A stretch of 64,000 nucleotides of DNA from NCBI GenBank assembly GCA_949320185.1, contig CASGHK010000001.1:16397-80396 (forward strand), read 5' to 3'. Of this stretch, positions 9,540 to 18,244 are shown piece after piece. The position numbers and the translations under genes are program-made. This stretch comes from an uncultured Methanomicrobiales archaeon (lineage in GTDB: Archaea > Halobacteriota > Methanomicrobia > Methanomicrobiales > Methanospirillaceae). How positions within the stretch are numbered: the stretch's first letter is position 1; each line of letters starts with the position of its first letter. The notes under the pieces are model-generated. The model did no database searches and was not told the DNA's origin. It was given only the letters and a program-made list of their open reading frames with translations.

Positions 9540-10116
9540 CGACCGGAAACGTCGGGTGGACAGGAGGGAGCTGCTGGGGGATGGCGAGGCTCCTCTTGCG
9601 GGAGCACGAGGTTCTTCTCGGGTCGCGCGACCTTTCGAAGGTGAATAGCGAGCTGAGAATGCGGTCTCCCGGCGGATGAGAGGGGCGTCCGGCGACTCAC
9701 TCCATGGGTGCTCGAACCGGGACGCGGTGAACCCCGAAGACATGGTCGCACTCACCATTCCTATCAGACACATGGAGGTAGTGGTCGATCTCTCTAACAC
9801 TCGACCAGTGGAGATGAGAGCGTCTTTCTCTATCGTTCCACAGGCGAGGGAACGGATGCAGTTCCCGTGCAGTGCTTCTGCTCAGGTGCCGCATGAAGAT
9901 CACTCGTGACGTAATTGCAGCGCCCGGCACAGGGGGCTTGACGGATGGGGTCGATAACGCAGTCCCGACCTGCACCGACGACGCTGAGTCCGTGCAGGTG
10001 ATCCTCGAGGTGGTCAGAACCGGTCCGGGCCTCAAGGCACCCGCTCCGCCTGCCACTGCGTGCACGGGGGAGCACCACGTCGCTGCTGCACAACGAGGCC
10101 CGGTCTACTAAAACGC

Positions 10117-10761
10117 ATGATGTCGGCATCCAGTTCCGATCGGGAACGGGTTCAGACGATCGTCGACCTGCTCGATGACCGATACGGAAAGATTGACTGG
10201 TGGAACGCACCCCCGGACGAGGTGATGGTAGGCGCCATCCTCACCCAGCAGACGCGCTGGGAGAACGTGGAGTGTGCTGTCGACCGCCTTCGCGAGGCGG
10301 GGCTCCTCTCGATCCCCGCAATAGCGGCGGCATCCCCGGAACGTCTTGAGGAGGCGGTCCGGTGTACCGGGTTCTACCGCGTCAAGACACGTCGACTCGT
10401 CGCCCTCGCCGAGTTCGTCGTCCATCGGTTCGGTTCGACCGGGGCGATGGATTTGATGGAGTCAGATGAGTTGCGGCAGGCCCTTCTCTCTGTCCGGGGT
10501 GTGGGCGAGGAGACGGCAGACTCGATACTCTGCTATGGGTTCTCGCGAAATGCGTTCGTAATCGACGCCTACACGCGCCGAATCTGCGCATGCGCGGGGA
10601 TCACGGGCACTGATGCAATGCTGCGAGCCCTCTTCGAGGGAGCACTCCTCGGGCAGAACGAACGCTATCGGCTGACCCATGCACATATCGTGGAATACGC
10701 AAAAGAGTTCTGCAGCAGGAAACGGTGCGAGGAATGCTCGATCAGGAGTTTCAACGGATAG
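10117..10761 (+). CDS. Endonuclease III-like HhH-GPD family DNA glycosylase
   Basis: Start at M20 of the tracked ORF. Has HhH (LLSVRGVGEETADSILCY), the D of GPD (VIDAYTRRI), and a C-terminal Cys cluster (CSRKRCEEC). Confidence 0.8.
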   Translation: MMSASSSDRERVQTIVDLLDDRYGKIDWWNAPPDEVMVGAILTQQTRWENVECAVDRLREAGLLSIPAIAAASPERLEEAVRCTGFYRVKTRRLVALAEFVVHRFGSTGAMDLMESDELRQALLSVRGVGEETADSILCYGFSRNAFVIDAYTRRICACAGITGTDAMLRALFEGALLGQNERYRLTHAHIVEYAKEFCSRKRCEECSIRSFNG

Positions 10762-11273
10762 GTAGACGGCTCCGTGACGAGGGGCTTGTCGGCGGGACGT
10801 TCGGCAACATCTCGGTGCGGGACGGAAACATGCTGGAGATCACCCAGACCGGCTGTTACCTCGACGAACCCGGTACCCCGGTGCGTATCGCGATGATCGG
10901 AAATGCACCGCCACAGGCCTCGTCTGAGTATCGGGTCCATCGTGCGGTCTACCTGGAGACTCCCCACCGGGCCATTGTTCATGCCCATCCCGTCCATGCG
11001 GTTGCGGCATCGATACTCTACGACGAAATCGTTCCGATCGACTCGGAGGGATCGCTCCTCTGTCCGCGAATACCCGTGGTCGAGGGTGCGCCGGGGACCG
11101 CCGAACTCGCCCGCGCCGTCTCTGAAGCCCTGCGTCTTCGAAACCTGGTCCTGGTTCGGGGCCACGGGACCTTCGCAGGCGGAGCGAATCTGGACGAGGC
11201 CTGCCTCTATACATCGCTCGCCGAACATGCCTGCCGGGTGCTCCTCCTGGTCGAGGCACACCGTCGCGGGTGA
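10734..11273 (+). CDS. Class II aldolase/adducin family protein (MtnB / Ald2 / fuculose-1-P aldolase-like)
   Basis: GGTFGNISVR, EYRVHRAVY and AIVHAHPVHAVA metal-ligand histidines, and LVRGHGTFAGG. GTG at 10725 is an alternative start. Overlaps the end of the preceding gene. Confidence 0.8.
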   Translation: MLDQEFQRIGRRLRDEGLVGGTFGNISVRDGNMLEITQTGCYLDEPGTPVRIAMIGNAPPQASSEYRVHRAVYLETPHRAIVHAHPVHAVAASILYDEIVPIDSEGSLLCPRIPVVEGAPGTAELARAVSEALRLRNLVLVRGHGTFAGGANLDEACLYTSLAEHACRVLLLVEAHRRG

Positions 11274-11289
11274 GGTGGCGGGGTCCATA

Positions 11290-11961
11290 ATGCTCGCGGT
11301 GATAGGCGGCACGAGCCTCCTCGACTGTCCCCTCCCCCCCCTCCGGGAGGAACGGGTCATGACCCCGTTCGGGGCCGCGACGCTCCTCGCCGGAGAAGGG
11401 GCCGTCATCCTCCTGCGCCACCAGGACGGTCGTCCTCCGCACCGGATCAATCACCGGGCCAACCTCTCAGCCCTCGCCCTCCTGGGAGCCGACCGGGTCG
11501 TCCTGATCGGTTCGACCGGGTCGCTCCGGCCGGAGGTTGCGCCCAGGTCGCTTGTGATCCCGGACGACTACGCCACGATTGCGCCTATCCCTACAGTGCA
11601 CGACCGGGCGATTACCCACGCCTCCCCGGTCTTTTCCTCCGCCCTCGCCGCCCGCCTCGCCCGGGTCGTCCCGGAGGCCCGACAGGGAGGAGTCTATGTC
11701 CAGACCCCGGGCCCCCGTCTCGAGTCCCGGGCCGAGGTCCGAGCCCTCGCCCTCTACGCCGATGTCGTCGGGATGACCTGCGCCTCCGAGGCGACACTTG
11801 CGAACGAGCTGGGGCTCGAGGTAGCGGCGCTCTGCACGGTGGAGAACTATGCGAACGGGATCTCAAGCGATGCGGTCTCGTACGAAGCGATCGTCGAGGC
11901 CGCCAGGGCGAACCGTGATAGGATGGCAGGGCTCATCAACCGGATCATCACGAGGATGTGA
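11290..11961 (+). CDS. MTAP-family purine nucleoside phosphorylase (methylthioadenosine/methylthioinosine phosphorylase-like)
   Basis: Internal ATG (M130 of tracked ORF). MLAVIGGTS..., HRINHRANLSALALLGADRVVLIGSTGSL, YVQTPGPRLESRAEV, ADVVGMTCASEATLANELGL. GTG at 11275 is an alternative start. Confidence 0.8.
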   Translation: MLAVIGGTSLLDCPLPPLREERVMTPFGAATLLAGEGAVILLRHQDGRPPHRINHRANLSALALLGADRVVLIGSTGSLRPEVAPRSLVIPDDYATIAPIPTVHDRAITHASPVFSSALAARLARVVPEARQGGVYVQTPGPRLESRAEVRALALYADVVGMTCASEATLANELGLEVAALCTVENYANGISSDAVSYEAIVEAARANRDRMAGLINRIITRM

Positions 11962-11968
11962 ATTGAGA

Positions 11969-13285
11969 ATGGAGACCGATATCTTCGAGAAGAGAGCCTC
12001 CCTCCTCCTGAGGGACGTGCGCTACAGGGAACGGACGGTTGATCTGGTGGTCGCGGACGACGGGACGATCGCAGCGATCGGACCGGGTGCCGGTCACGAT
12101 CACGAGTACGACCACGCGATCGAGGGGAAGGGGCGCGTGCTCCTCCCTGGCCTTGCAAATACGCATACCCATGCGGCGATGACGCTGCTGCGAGGCTATG
12201 CAGACGACATGCTCCTCCAGCCCTGGCTCGCCGAGCGGATCTGGCCCCTTGAGGCGCACCTCCAGGCAGACGATGTGTACTGGGGCACTCGCCTTGCCTG
12301 TCTCGAGATGGTGAGGACCGGCACGGTCGGGTTCAACGATATGTACTTCTTCATGGAGTCGGCGGCCCGCGCCGTGGACGAGGCGGGGCTTCGGGCGGTC
12401 CTCTGCTACGGCTTCATCGACCTCGGGGACGCCGAGAAGCGGGAGCATGAATGCCGGGCGACGGAGGCACTCGCCGACCACGTCTCGCGCCTGGCGAACC
12501 CACGCATCACCACTGCCGTCGGGCCCCACGCGGTCTACACGGTCTCAGCGGACGGCCTTGCATGGTGCGCGGAGTTCGCCCGCGAACGGCAGCTCGGGGT
12601 GCATGTCCACCTCGCCGAGACGCGGACCGAGGTCGACGATGCGATCTCCACCACCGGCAAGCGCTCGGTGTCGTCCCTCGACGAGGCGGGTCTGCTCGGT
12701 TCCAGGACGGTTGCGGCACACGGGTGCTGGCTCGACGAGGACGAGTGCCGGCTCCTGGCCGCTCGCGGCGCGACTGTATCCCACAACCCGGCGTCGAACA
12801 TGAAACTTGCGACCGGTCGGGCGATGCCGTACCCAGCCCTCCGGGCGGCGGGAGCGCGGGTGGCCCTCGGCACGGACGGGTGCGCCTCCAACAACAACCT
12901 CGACCTCTTCGAGGAGATGAAGATCGCTGCCCTCCTCCAGAAGTTTGCCTGGAACGACCCGACCGCGCTTCCGGCTCACGAGGTCCTCGCGCTCGCGACG
13001 GAGAACGCACACGCCGCGCTCGGGTGGGCCGGCGGGCGGATCGAGGTGGGGGCGCCGGCCGACCTCGTCCTGCTCGAGATAGCGACGCCCTGCAACACCC
13101 CGCTCCATCACGCCGTCTCGAACGCGGTATACGCCTGTTCGGGCAATGCCGTCACGACCACGATCTGCGACGGGCGCGTCCTGATGCACGAGCGCTTCAT
13201 TCCCGGCGAGGACGAGGTGCTTGAGGGTGCTCGAACGGCCTCGCGCTCCCTGATCGACCGGGCCTCGGCCGGAACCGATTCTTAA
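11969..13285 (+). CDS. mtaD: Amidohydrolase: 5'-methylthioadenosine / S-adenosylhomocysteine (5'-deoxyadenosine) deaminase-like
   Basis: Internal ATG (M41 of tracked ORF) gives 438 aa. PGLANTHTHAAMTLLRG (HxH metal site), HVHLAET, TVAAHGCWL, LGTDGCASNNNLD. Confidence 0.85.
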   Translation: METDIFEKRASLLLRDVRYRERTVDLVVADDGTIAAIGPGAGHDHEYDHAIEGKGRVLLPGLANTHTHAAMTLLRGYADDMLLQPWLAERIWPLEAHLQADDVYWGTRLACLEMVRTGTVGFNDMYFFMESAARAVDEAGLRAVLCYGFIDLGDAEKREHECRATEALADHVSRLANPRITTAVGPHAVYTVSADGLAWCAEFARERQLGVHVHLAETRTEVDDAISTTGKRSVSSLDEAGLLGSRTVAAHGCWLDEDECRLLAARGATVSHNPASNMKLATGRAMPYPALRAAGARVALGTDGCASNNNLDLFEEMKIAALLQKFAWNDPTALPAHEVLALATENAHAALGWAGGRIEVGAPADLVLLEIATPCNTPLHHAVSNAVYACSGNAVTTTICDGRVLMHERFIPGEDEVLEGARTASRSLIDRASAGTDS

Positions 13286-13292
13286 AAAAAGT

Positions 13293-14993
13293 TCAGGCGG
13301 TCTTGATCTGCGAGGCGCCCTCGAGGCCCAGCTCGGCGATCGAGACCTCGCGCATCCTGAATTTCTGGATCTTGCCCGAGACCGACATCGGGAAGTCGTC
13401 GACGAACTTGATGTACCGCGGGACCTTGAAGTGCGCGATCCTGCCGCGGCAGAACTCGCGTATCTCCTCTTCGGTCGCGGTCTGCCCGTCCTTCAGGGCG
13501 ACCCACGCCATCAGCTCCTCGCCGTACTTCTCGTCAGGAACGCCGATCACGTAGACGTCGCGGACCTTCGGGTGGTGGTGGAGGAACTCCTCGATCTCCC
13601 GGGGATAGAGGTTCTCGCCGCCGCGGATCACCATGTCTTTTAGCCGCCCCTCGATCTTGAAGTACCCCTCTTCGTCCATCACCCCGAGGTCCCCGGTGTG
13701 AACCCAGCCGTTTCGGTCAAGGGTCAGGTGGGTCGCGGATGGGTTGTTGTAGTAACACTTCATGACCATGTAGCCGCGGGCGCAGATCTCGCCTATCTCC
13801 CCCCGGGGCAGGATCTTCCCGGTGGCCGAGTCGATGATCTTGAGCTCGGTGTGGGGAAAGGCCTTGCCGACGGTCGAGACCCGGCGGTCGAGAGGGTCGT
13901 CGGTCGTCGTCATCGTGACGCCGGGTGCCGTTTCGGTCTGCCCGTAGACGATCACAATCTCGGACATGTTCATCCGGATGTTGACCTGCTTCATCACCTC
14001 GATCGGACAGGGAGAGCCTGCCATGATGCCGGTCCGGAGCGTGCCGAGGTAGTAGTTCTCGAAGTTCGGGTGACCGAGCTCGGCGATGAACATGGTCGGA
14101 ACGCCGTGGAGGGCGGTGCATTGTTCGTCCTGCACAGTTTTGAGCACCGTCTCGGCATCGAACGCCGGAGAAGGGAGGACCATGGTCGAGCCGTGCGTCA
14201 TGCAGGCCATATTGGAGAGGACCATCCCAAAGCAGTGGTAGAACGGCACCGGGATGCAGAGCCGGTCCTTCTCGGAGAAGCGCATCCCCTCGCCGATGAT
14301 GAAGCCGTTATTCAGGACGCTGTGGTGGCTCAGAACAACGCCTTTGGGGAACCCCGTCGTCCCGCTGGTGTACTGGATGTTCACCGGATCGTCGAAGTCG
14401 AGGGACTCTGCACGGGCAATAAGGTCATCGTCGCTGACGACCTGGCCCTTTGCATAGACCTCGCTCCAGCGGAACATCCCGTTGTACGGGATCTCGCCGG
14501 CGAAGATGACATTCTTGAGGAACGGGAACTTTTCGGAACGGATATGACCAGCCTTGCAGTCGTAGGCCTCGGGGCAGGACTCGTAGAACATCCCGACGTA
14601 GTCCGAGGTCTTGAAACGGCCCTGAACGATGAGCGTCTGGACCTCGGACTGCCGGAGCGCGTACTCGAGCTCGTAGGTGCGGTACGCCGGGTTGATGTTG
14701 ACCAGGACCGCGCCGATCTTCGCGGTCGCGATCTGGGTGACGATCCACTCGGCATGGTTCATCATCCAGAGGCCGACCCGGTTTCCCTTCTCGACGCCGA
14801 GCGCCATCAGCCCCCGGGCGAGCGCCTCGGCCTGCTCCTTCAGTTCGTGGTATGTCCATCGAATTCCCTGGTGCACCGAGACGATCGCCTCGGTCTCGGG
14901 GTAGCGCTCAGCGATCTCATCGAACATCTCGCCGACCGTCTTCCCGATCAGGGGGACGGCGGAAGTGCCCGTCTCGTAGCTGATCAGAGCCAT
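13293..14993 (-). CDS. AMP-dependent acyl-CoA synthetase/ligase
   Basis: The recognisable protein starts at M87 (MALISYETGTS...) of tracked ORF 13293..15251, whose extension runs antisense through the tRNA. IQYTSGTTGFPKGVVLSH AMP-binding motif, YGQTE, GDLGVMDEEGYFKIEGRLKD, and a terminal SGKIQKF. Confidence 0.9.
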   Translation of the reverse strand: MALISYETGTSAVPLIGKTVGEMFDEIAERYPETEAIVSVHQGIRWTYHELKEQAEALARGLMALGVEKGNRVGLWMMNHAEWIVTQIATAKIGAVLVNINPAYRTYELEYALRQSEVQTLIVQGRFKTSDYVGMFYESCPEAYDCKAGHIRSEKFPFLKNVIFAGEIPYNGMFRWSEVYAKGQVVSDDDLIARAESLDFDDPVNIQYTSGTTGFPKGVVLSHHSVLNNGFIIGEGMRFSEKDRLCIPVPFYHCFGMVLSNMACMTHGSTMVLPSPAFDAETVLKTVQDEQCTALHGVPTMFIAELGHPNFENYYLGTLRTGIMAGSPCPIEVMKQVNIRMNMSEIVIVYGQTETAPGVTMTTTDDPLDRRVSTVGKAFPHTELKIIDSATGKILPRGEIGEICARGYMVMKCYYNNPSATHLTLDRNGWVHTGDLGVMDEEGYFKIEGRLKDMVIRGGENLYPREIEEFLHHHPKVRDVYVIGVPDEKYGEELMAWVALKDGQTATEEEIREFCRGRIAHFKVPRYIKFVDDFPMSVSGKIQKFRMREVSIAELGLEGASQIKTA

Positions 14994-15062
14994 CCCTACT
15001 TGTTTTGGACGGCGTGAATATAGCAGTGCTGATATCGAGCGGAACGGGGTCCGAAGAACAAG

Positions 15063-15070
15063 TAATTTAT
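15063..15070 (+). promoter_or_regulatory. TATA-box-like element upstream of tRNA-Trp
   Basis: TAATTTAT lies 31-38 nt upstream of tRNA position 1 (15101), inside an AT-rich patch in otherwise high-GC DNA. Confidence 0.4.
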
Positions 15071-15100
15071 GCTCCAAAATCGACCGGATATACTGCACCG

Positions 15101-15250
15101 GGGGTCGTGGCCTAGTCCGGAATGGCGACGGGCTCCAGCGGTCTCGTGCGGGTGATGAACAATGGGTCTGCTGATTGGTGATGACCCGTTGGAGCACTGA
15201 CGCACATCGGAGAGACCCGTCGATCGTGAGTTCAAATCTCACCGACCCCA
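15101..15250 (+). tRNA. trnW: tRNA-Trp (anticodon CCA) with a 76-nt intron after position 37; CCA end not encoded
   Basis: Hand fold: acceptor GGGGTCG/CGACCCC (7 Watson-Crick pairs), discriminator A, D loop with A14/G18G19, anticodon stem ACGGG/CCCGT, loop CT-CCA-G|A, variable CGATC, T arm GTGAG-TTCAAAT-CTCAC. Exons are 15101-15138 and 15215-15250. Confidence 0.9.
15139..15214 (+). ncRNA. Intron-encoded box C/D guide RNA of pre-tRNA-Trp
   Basis: Box C GTGATGA 15152-58, D' CTGA 15171-74, C' GTGATGA 15178-84, D CTGA 15197-15200. Both spacers are 12 nt, with a closing stem GTGCG/CGCAC. The guides are complementary to the tRNA's own anticodon arm; the N+5 positions fall on C34 and C39. Confidence 0.8.
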
Positions 15251-15504
15251 CATTTCTGCCGGATCATCCCGTGGAGCGAATGCGTCGACTATTACCCGGG
15301 CGGGATCCGGAATGGCGCGTCGTTACGCCGGCAGGGGAGCCGATCGTCTCGACGGGATCTCCTCGTGCTCTTTTCATATCCTGCACCCATCTGCATATAT
15401 CGCCGAACGACATCGCCAGCGTTCCCCGTTTTTGAATCCAGTGAGTTCTCCTCCTCAATATCGTCCGACGATCTTTTCCGACAAAACCCATCCCGGCGGG
15501 GCGA

Positions 15505-15515
15505 TTTTTTTAATA
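15505..15515 (+). promoter_or_regulatory. TATA-box-like element upstream of fae-hps
   Basis: TTTTTTTAATA lies about 45 nt upstream of the ATG at 15557. Confidence 0.35.
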
Positions 15516-15556
15516 CCGCCCTCCTACTTATGAGAGCACGCAGGGGAATTTTGTCG

Positions 15557-16744
15557 ATGTATCTTATTGGAGAAGCTCTGGTGGGGGACGGCCCCGAACT
15601 CGCGCACGTCGACCTGATGGTCGGCGACAAGAACGGCCCGGTCGGGCAGGCGTTCGCGAACGCACTCTCGCAGCTCTCGATCGGCCACACGCCGCTCCTC
15701 GCGGTGATCCGTCCGAACCTGATGACCAAGCCGGCGACGCTGATCATCCCCAAGGTGACGATGAAGAAGGGCGAACAGGTCCGCGAGATGTTCGGTCCCG
15801 TCCAGGCAGCGGTGGCGAAGGGGGTCGCCGACGCCCTGGAGGAGGGGGTCTTCGGTGACCTCAATGTCGATGACCTGGTGATCCTCGCCTCGATCTACCT
15901 GGCACCCGAAGCGGCCGACTTCAACCGGATCTACCGGTACAACTATGGCGCGACCAAGCTGGCCCTCACCCGGGCCCTGGAGGGCTTCCCGACGACACAG
16001 ACCCTGCTCTACGAGAAGGACCGCGCGGCCCACGCGGTGATGGGGTTCAAGGTCCAGCGGCTCTGGGACCCGCCCTACCTGCAGGTCGCTCTCGACCTGG
16101 TGAGCATGGACCGGATCCGGCACGTCCTTGCCGAGCTCCCCGACTCCGATCACCTGATCATCGAGGCAGGCACGCCGACGATCAAGCAGTTCGGGCTCTC
16201 GGTCCTCTCGGAGATCCGGAGGGTCCGGCCGAACGCGTTCATCATCGCGGACTTGAAGACCCTGGACACGGGCAACCTCGAGGCACGCATGGCAGCAGAC
16301 GCTACGGCGGACGCGGTCGTCATCTCCGGACTTGCGCCGATCGCCACGATCGAGAAGGCCCTTTCCGAGGCGAAGAAGACCGGTATCTACTCGGTGATCG
16401 ACATGCTGAACGTCGCCGATCCCGTCGCCCTCCTGGAAGCCCTCAAGGTCAAACCCGACATCGTGGAACTCCACCGGGCGATCGACTGCGAAACGGACGG
16501 CGAGTGCCACGTCTGGGGCAACATCGAGGGGATGCGGAAGGCAGCCGGCGGCAGGCTCCTGGTGGCGACTGCAGGCGGCATCCGCGTCGACAAGGTCCGC
16601 GAAGCGGTCGCCTCCGGGGCGGACATCCTGGTCGTCGGTCGGGCGATCACGGCGTCGAAGGACGTCCGCCACGCGGCAGAGGAGTTCCTCGAGGAGCTCA
16701 ACCGCGAGGAGATCGACCAGTTCCGCATCATGACGGACTTCTAG
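15557..16744 (+). CDS. fae-hps: Bifunctional formaldehyde-activating enzyme / 3-hexulose-6-phosphate synthase
   Basis: Internal ATG (M65 of tracked ORF) gives 395 aa. The N-terminus MYLIGEALVGDGPELAHVDLMVGDKNGPVG is the Fae signature. The C-terminal half is an OMPDC-fold Hps (LQVALDL..., IIADLKTLDTG, VATAGGIR, LVVGRAIT). Confidence 0.9.
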   Translation: MYLIGEALVGDGPELAHVDLMVGDKNGPVGQAFANALSQLSIGHTPLLAVIRPNLMTKPATLIIPKVTMKKGEQVREMFGPVQAAVAKGVADALEEGVFGDLNVDDLVILASIYLAPEAADFNRIYRYNYGATKLALTRALEGFPTTQTLLYEKDRAAHAVMGFKVQRLWDPPYLQVALDLVSMDRIRHVLAELPDSDHLIIEAGTPTIKQFGLSVLSEIRRVRPNAFIIADLKTLDTGNLEARMAADATADAVVISGLAPIATIEKALSEAKKTGIYSVIDMLNVADPVALLEALKVKPDIVELHRAIDCETDGECHVWGNIEGMRKAAGGRLLVATAGGIRVDKVREAVASGADILVVGRAITASKDVRHAAEEFLEELNREEIDQFRIMTDF

Positions 16745-16945
16745 TCCGTCAGTCTTTCTTTTTAACCAGGTGGGCCAGGAACCCGATCCTACCCTTCTCG
16801 ATCACTCCATTGACCCTGGTCCGCGATCCCCGCTTCCGTGCCTCAGTCCGCCCAACGACGACCGTTCCTGGTCTGCCGATCCTCTCCTGGTGCGGGTGGC
16901 CTTCGACCGAAAGAATGATGCCCTCTATGGCGATAGTATCAATCT

Positions 16946-18103
16946 ATGCGTCGTCTGCTGGTGGTCCTCATCGTCCTCGTCCTGGGGAGCGCCATGGTGC
17001 CGGTCGTAACATCAAACGATGTGTATGAACCCTATGGAATAGAAAGCCTATTTTTTCAGGATCCCCATAGCGGAGATCCCATGAAACCGTCTGGCATCGC
17101 CGCTGATGGACAGGGGCATGTCTATGTATCTGACGTTACGTCCTGTACGGTCTCCAAGTGGAATATCGAAACGGGACAATGGATTAACTCGTTTGGCTCT
17201 CGCGGATCTGGGGAGGGACAGTTCATCTCTCCCGGTAAAATCGTTAAAGACGAACGTTCGGGAAAATTCTACATTGCTGATCAGGGGAATGGAAGGATTG
17301 ATATTTTTAACGAAGATTATTTGATTGAAGGCTATTTTAAGGATGAATTGTATTTACCAACCGGGTTGGCGGTGACAATAGACGGTAACATGACGATCGT
17401 ACTTGTCGCGGACGCGGTGGGCAATAAAGTCCTGAAATATATCAACGGCACTCTCGACGACGGGTTCCACCTGAACACTCCGCCCGAAGCCCCCCTGAAT
17501 AACCCGATGGACGTCGCAGTCGATAGAAACAAGAACATCTATGTCCTGAACTCGGGCCGTGGAACCGTCCAGGTATACGATCCAGAGGGAAACCTGGCCA
17601 CCTCCTGGGGAGGGATCGGCAACGGGACGGGGCAGCTCAACTGGCCCTACTCGATGACGATCGATGACCAGGGCGACCTCTTCGTCTCGGACACCCACAA
17701 CGACCGGATCCAGAAGTATTCGTCGAACGGGACCCTGCTCGCGAGTTTTGGTGGGAAGGGCACCGGGGTCGGGCAGTTCATCGATCCTTCAGGAATCACC
17801 GTCGACGCATCCGGGATTGTCTACGTCGTGGATTCAGGCAATAGCCGCGTCCAGATCTTCAAGAAGCAGGGTTCCGCCGACCCCGTGATCATCCCCGGCG
17901 GCGTGGGTGTTCCGCGGGACATAGACGATGACGGCACGATCGACGACGTGAACGGGAACGGCCGGCGGGACTTTGCGGACGTGGTCCTCTACTTCAACCA
18001 GATGACCTGGATCGCCGGAAACGAACCCCTCTCCCTCTTCGACATCAATAAAAACGGGAGGATCGACTTCGCGGACGCCGTCGCCCTCTTCAATAGCCTC
18101 TGA
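16946..18103 (+). CDS. Secreted NHL-repeat beta-propeller protein with C-terminal dockerin-like module (paralogue 1)
   Basis: Signal peptide MRRLLVVLIVLVLGSAMVPVVTS. Repeated G.G.GQF..P.GI..D..G..YV.D..N.R.. units. C-terminus DVNGNGRRDFADVVLYF ... DINKNGRIDFADAVALF = two dockerin/EF-hand-type Ca-binding segments. Confidence 0.85.
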   Translation: MRRLLVVLIVLVLGSAMVPVVTSNDVYEPYGIESLFFQDPHSGDPMKPSGIAADGQGHVYVSDVTSCTVSKWNIETGQWINSFGSRGSGEGQFISPGKIVKDERSGKFYIADQGNGRIDIFNEDYLIEGYFKDELYLPTGLAVTIDGNMTIVLVADAVGNKVLKYINGTLDDGFHLNTPPEAPLNNPMDVAVDRNKNIYVLNSGRGTVQVYDPEGNLATSWGGIGNGTGQLNWPYSMTIDDQGDLFVSDTHNDRIQKYSSNGTLLASFGGKGTGVGQFIDPSGITVDASGIVYVVDSGNSRVQIFKKQGSADPVIIPGGVGVPRDIDDDGTIDDVNGNGRRDFADVVLYFNQMTWIAGNEPLSLFDINKNGRIDFADAVALFNSL

Positions 18104-18122
18104 GCGGACCATACCTGGTCTC

Positions 18123-18128
18123 TTTTTT
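18123..18128 (+). terminator. Oligo-T terminator candidate after NHL paralogue 1
   Basis: A T6 run 20 nt after the stop codon, preceded by a short hairpin (GACC-ATACCT-GGTC). Confidence 0.4.
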
Positions 18129-18244
18129 CTGCCGGATCGCCGGCTCTACGCGGACATCTCCCGGATCGAGGACGATGCGTCTCTCCTGGTACAGGTGGTC
18201 TTCGAACGAAAGAATAATGCCCTCCATGGCGATAGTATCAATCT

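Noticed and set aside
9540-10116. 577-bp stretch without a credible gene; the minus strand shows fragments reminiscent of an HD-domain phosphohydrolase N-terminus (VIDPIRQ.., FPRL.., ASRFEHPWSE) in three different frames
   Set aside because: The matches are 4-6 residues each and need at least two frameshifts to join. The remainder of such a gene would collide with the thioredoxin gene. This cannot be supported without a frameshift-aware database alignment.
13698-15017. 439-aa plus-strand ORF antisense to the acyl-CoA synthetase gene
   Set aside because: Low-complexity Asp/Arg/Gly/Val-rich translation. The opposite strand carries unmistakable AMP-binding motifs.
14994-15251. 86-aa upstream extension of the acyl-CoA synthetase ORF (GTG start at 15251)
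   Set aside because: It runs antisense through the tRNA-Trp gene. The protein-like sequence begins at MALISYETG (14993).
15524-16672. 382-aa minus-strand ORF antisense to fae-hps
   Set aside because: Arg/Asp/Gly-rich shadow ORF. The plus strand encodes a full-length Fae-Hps with signature motifs.
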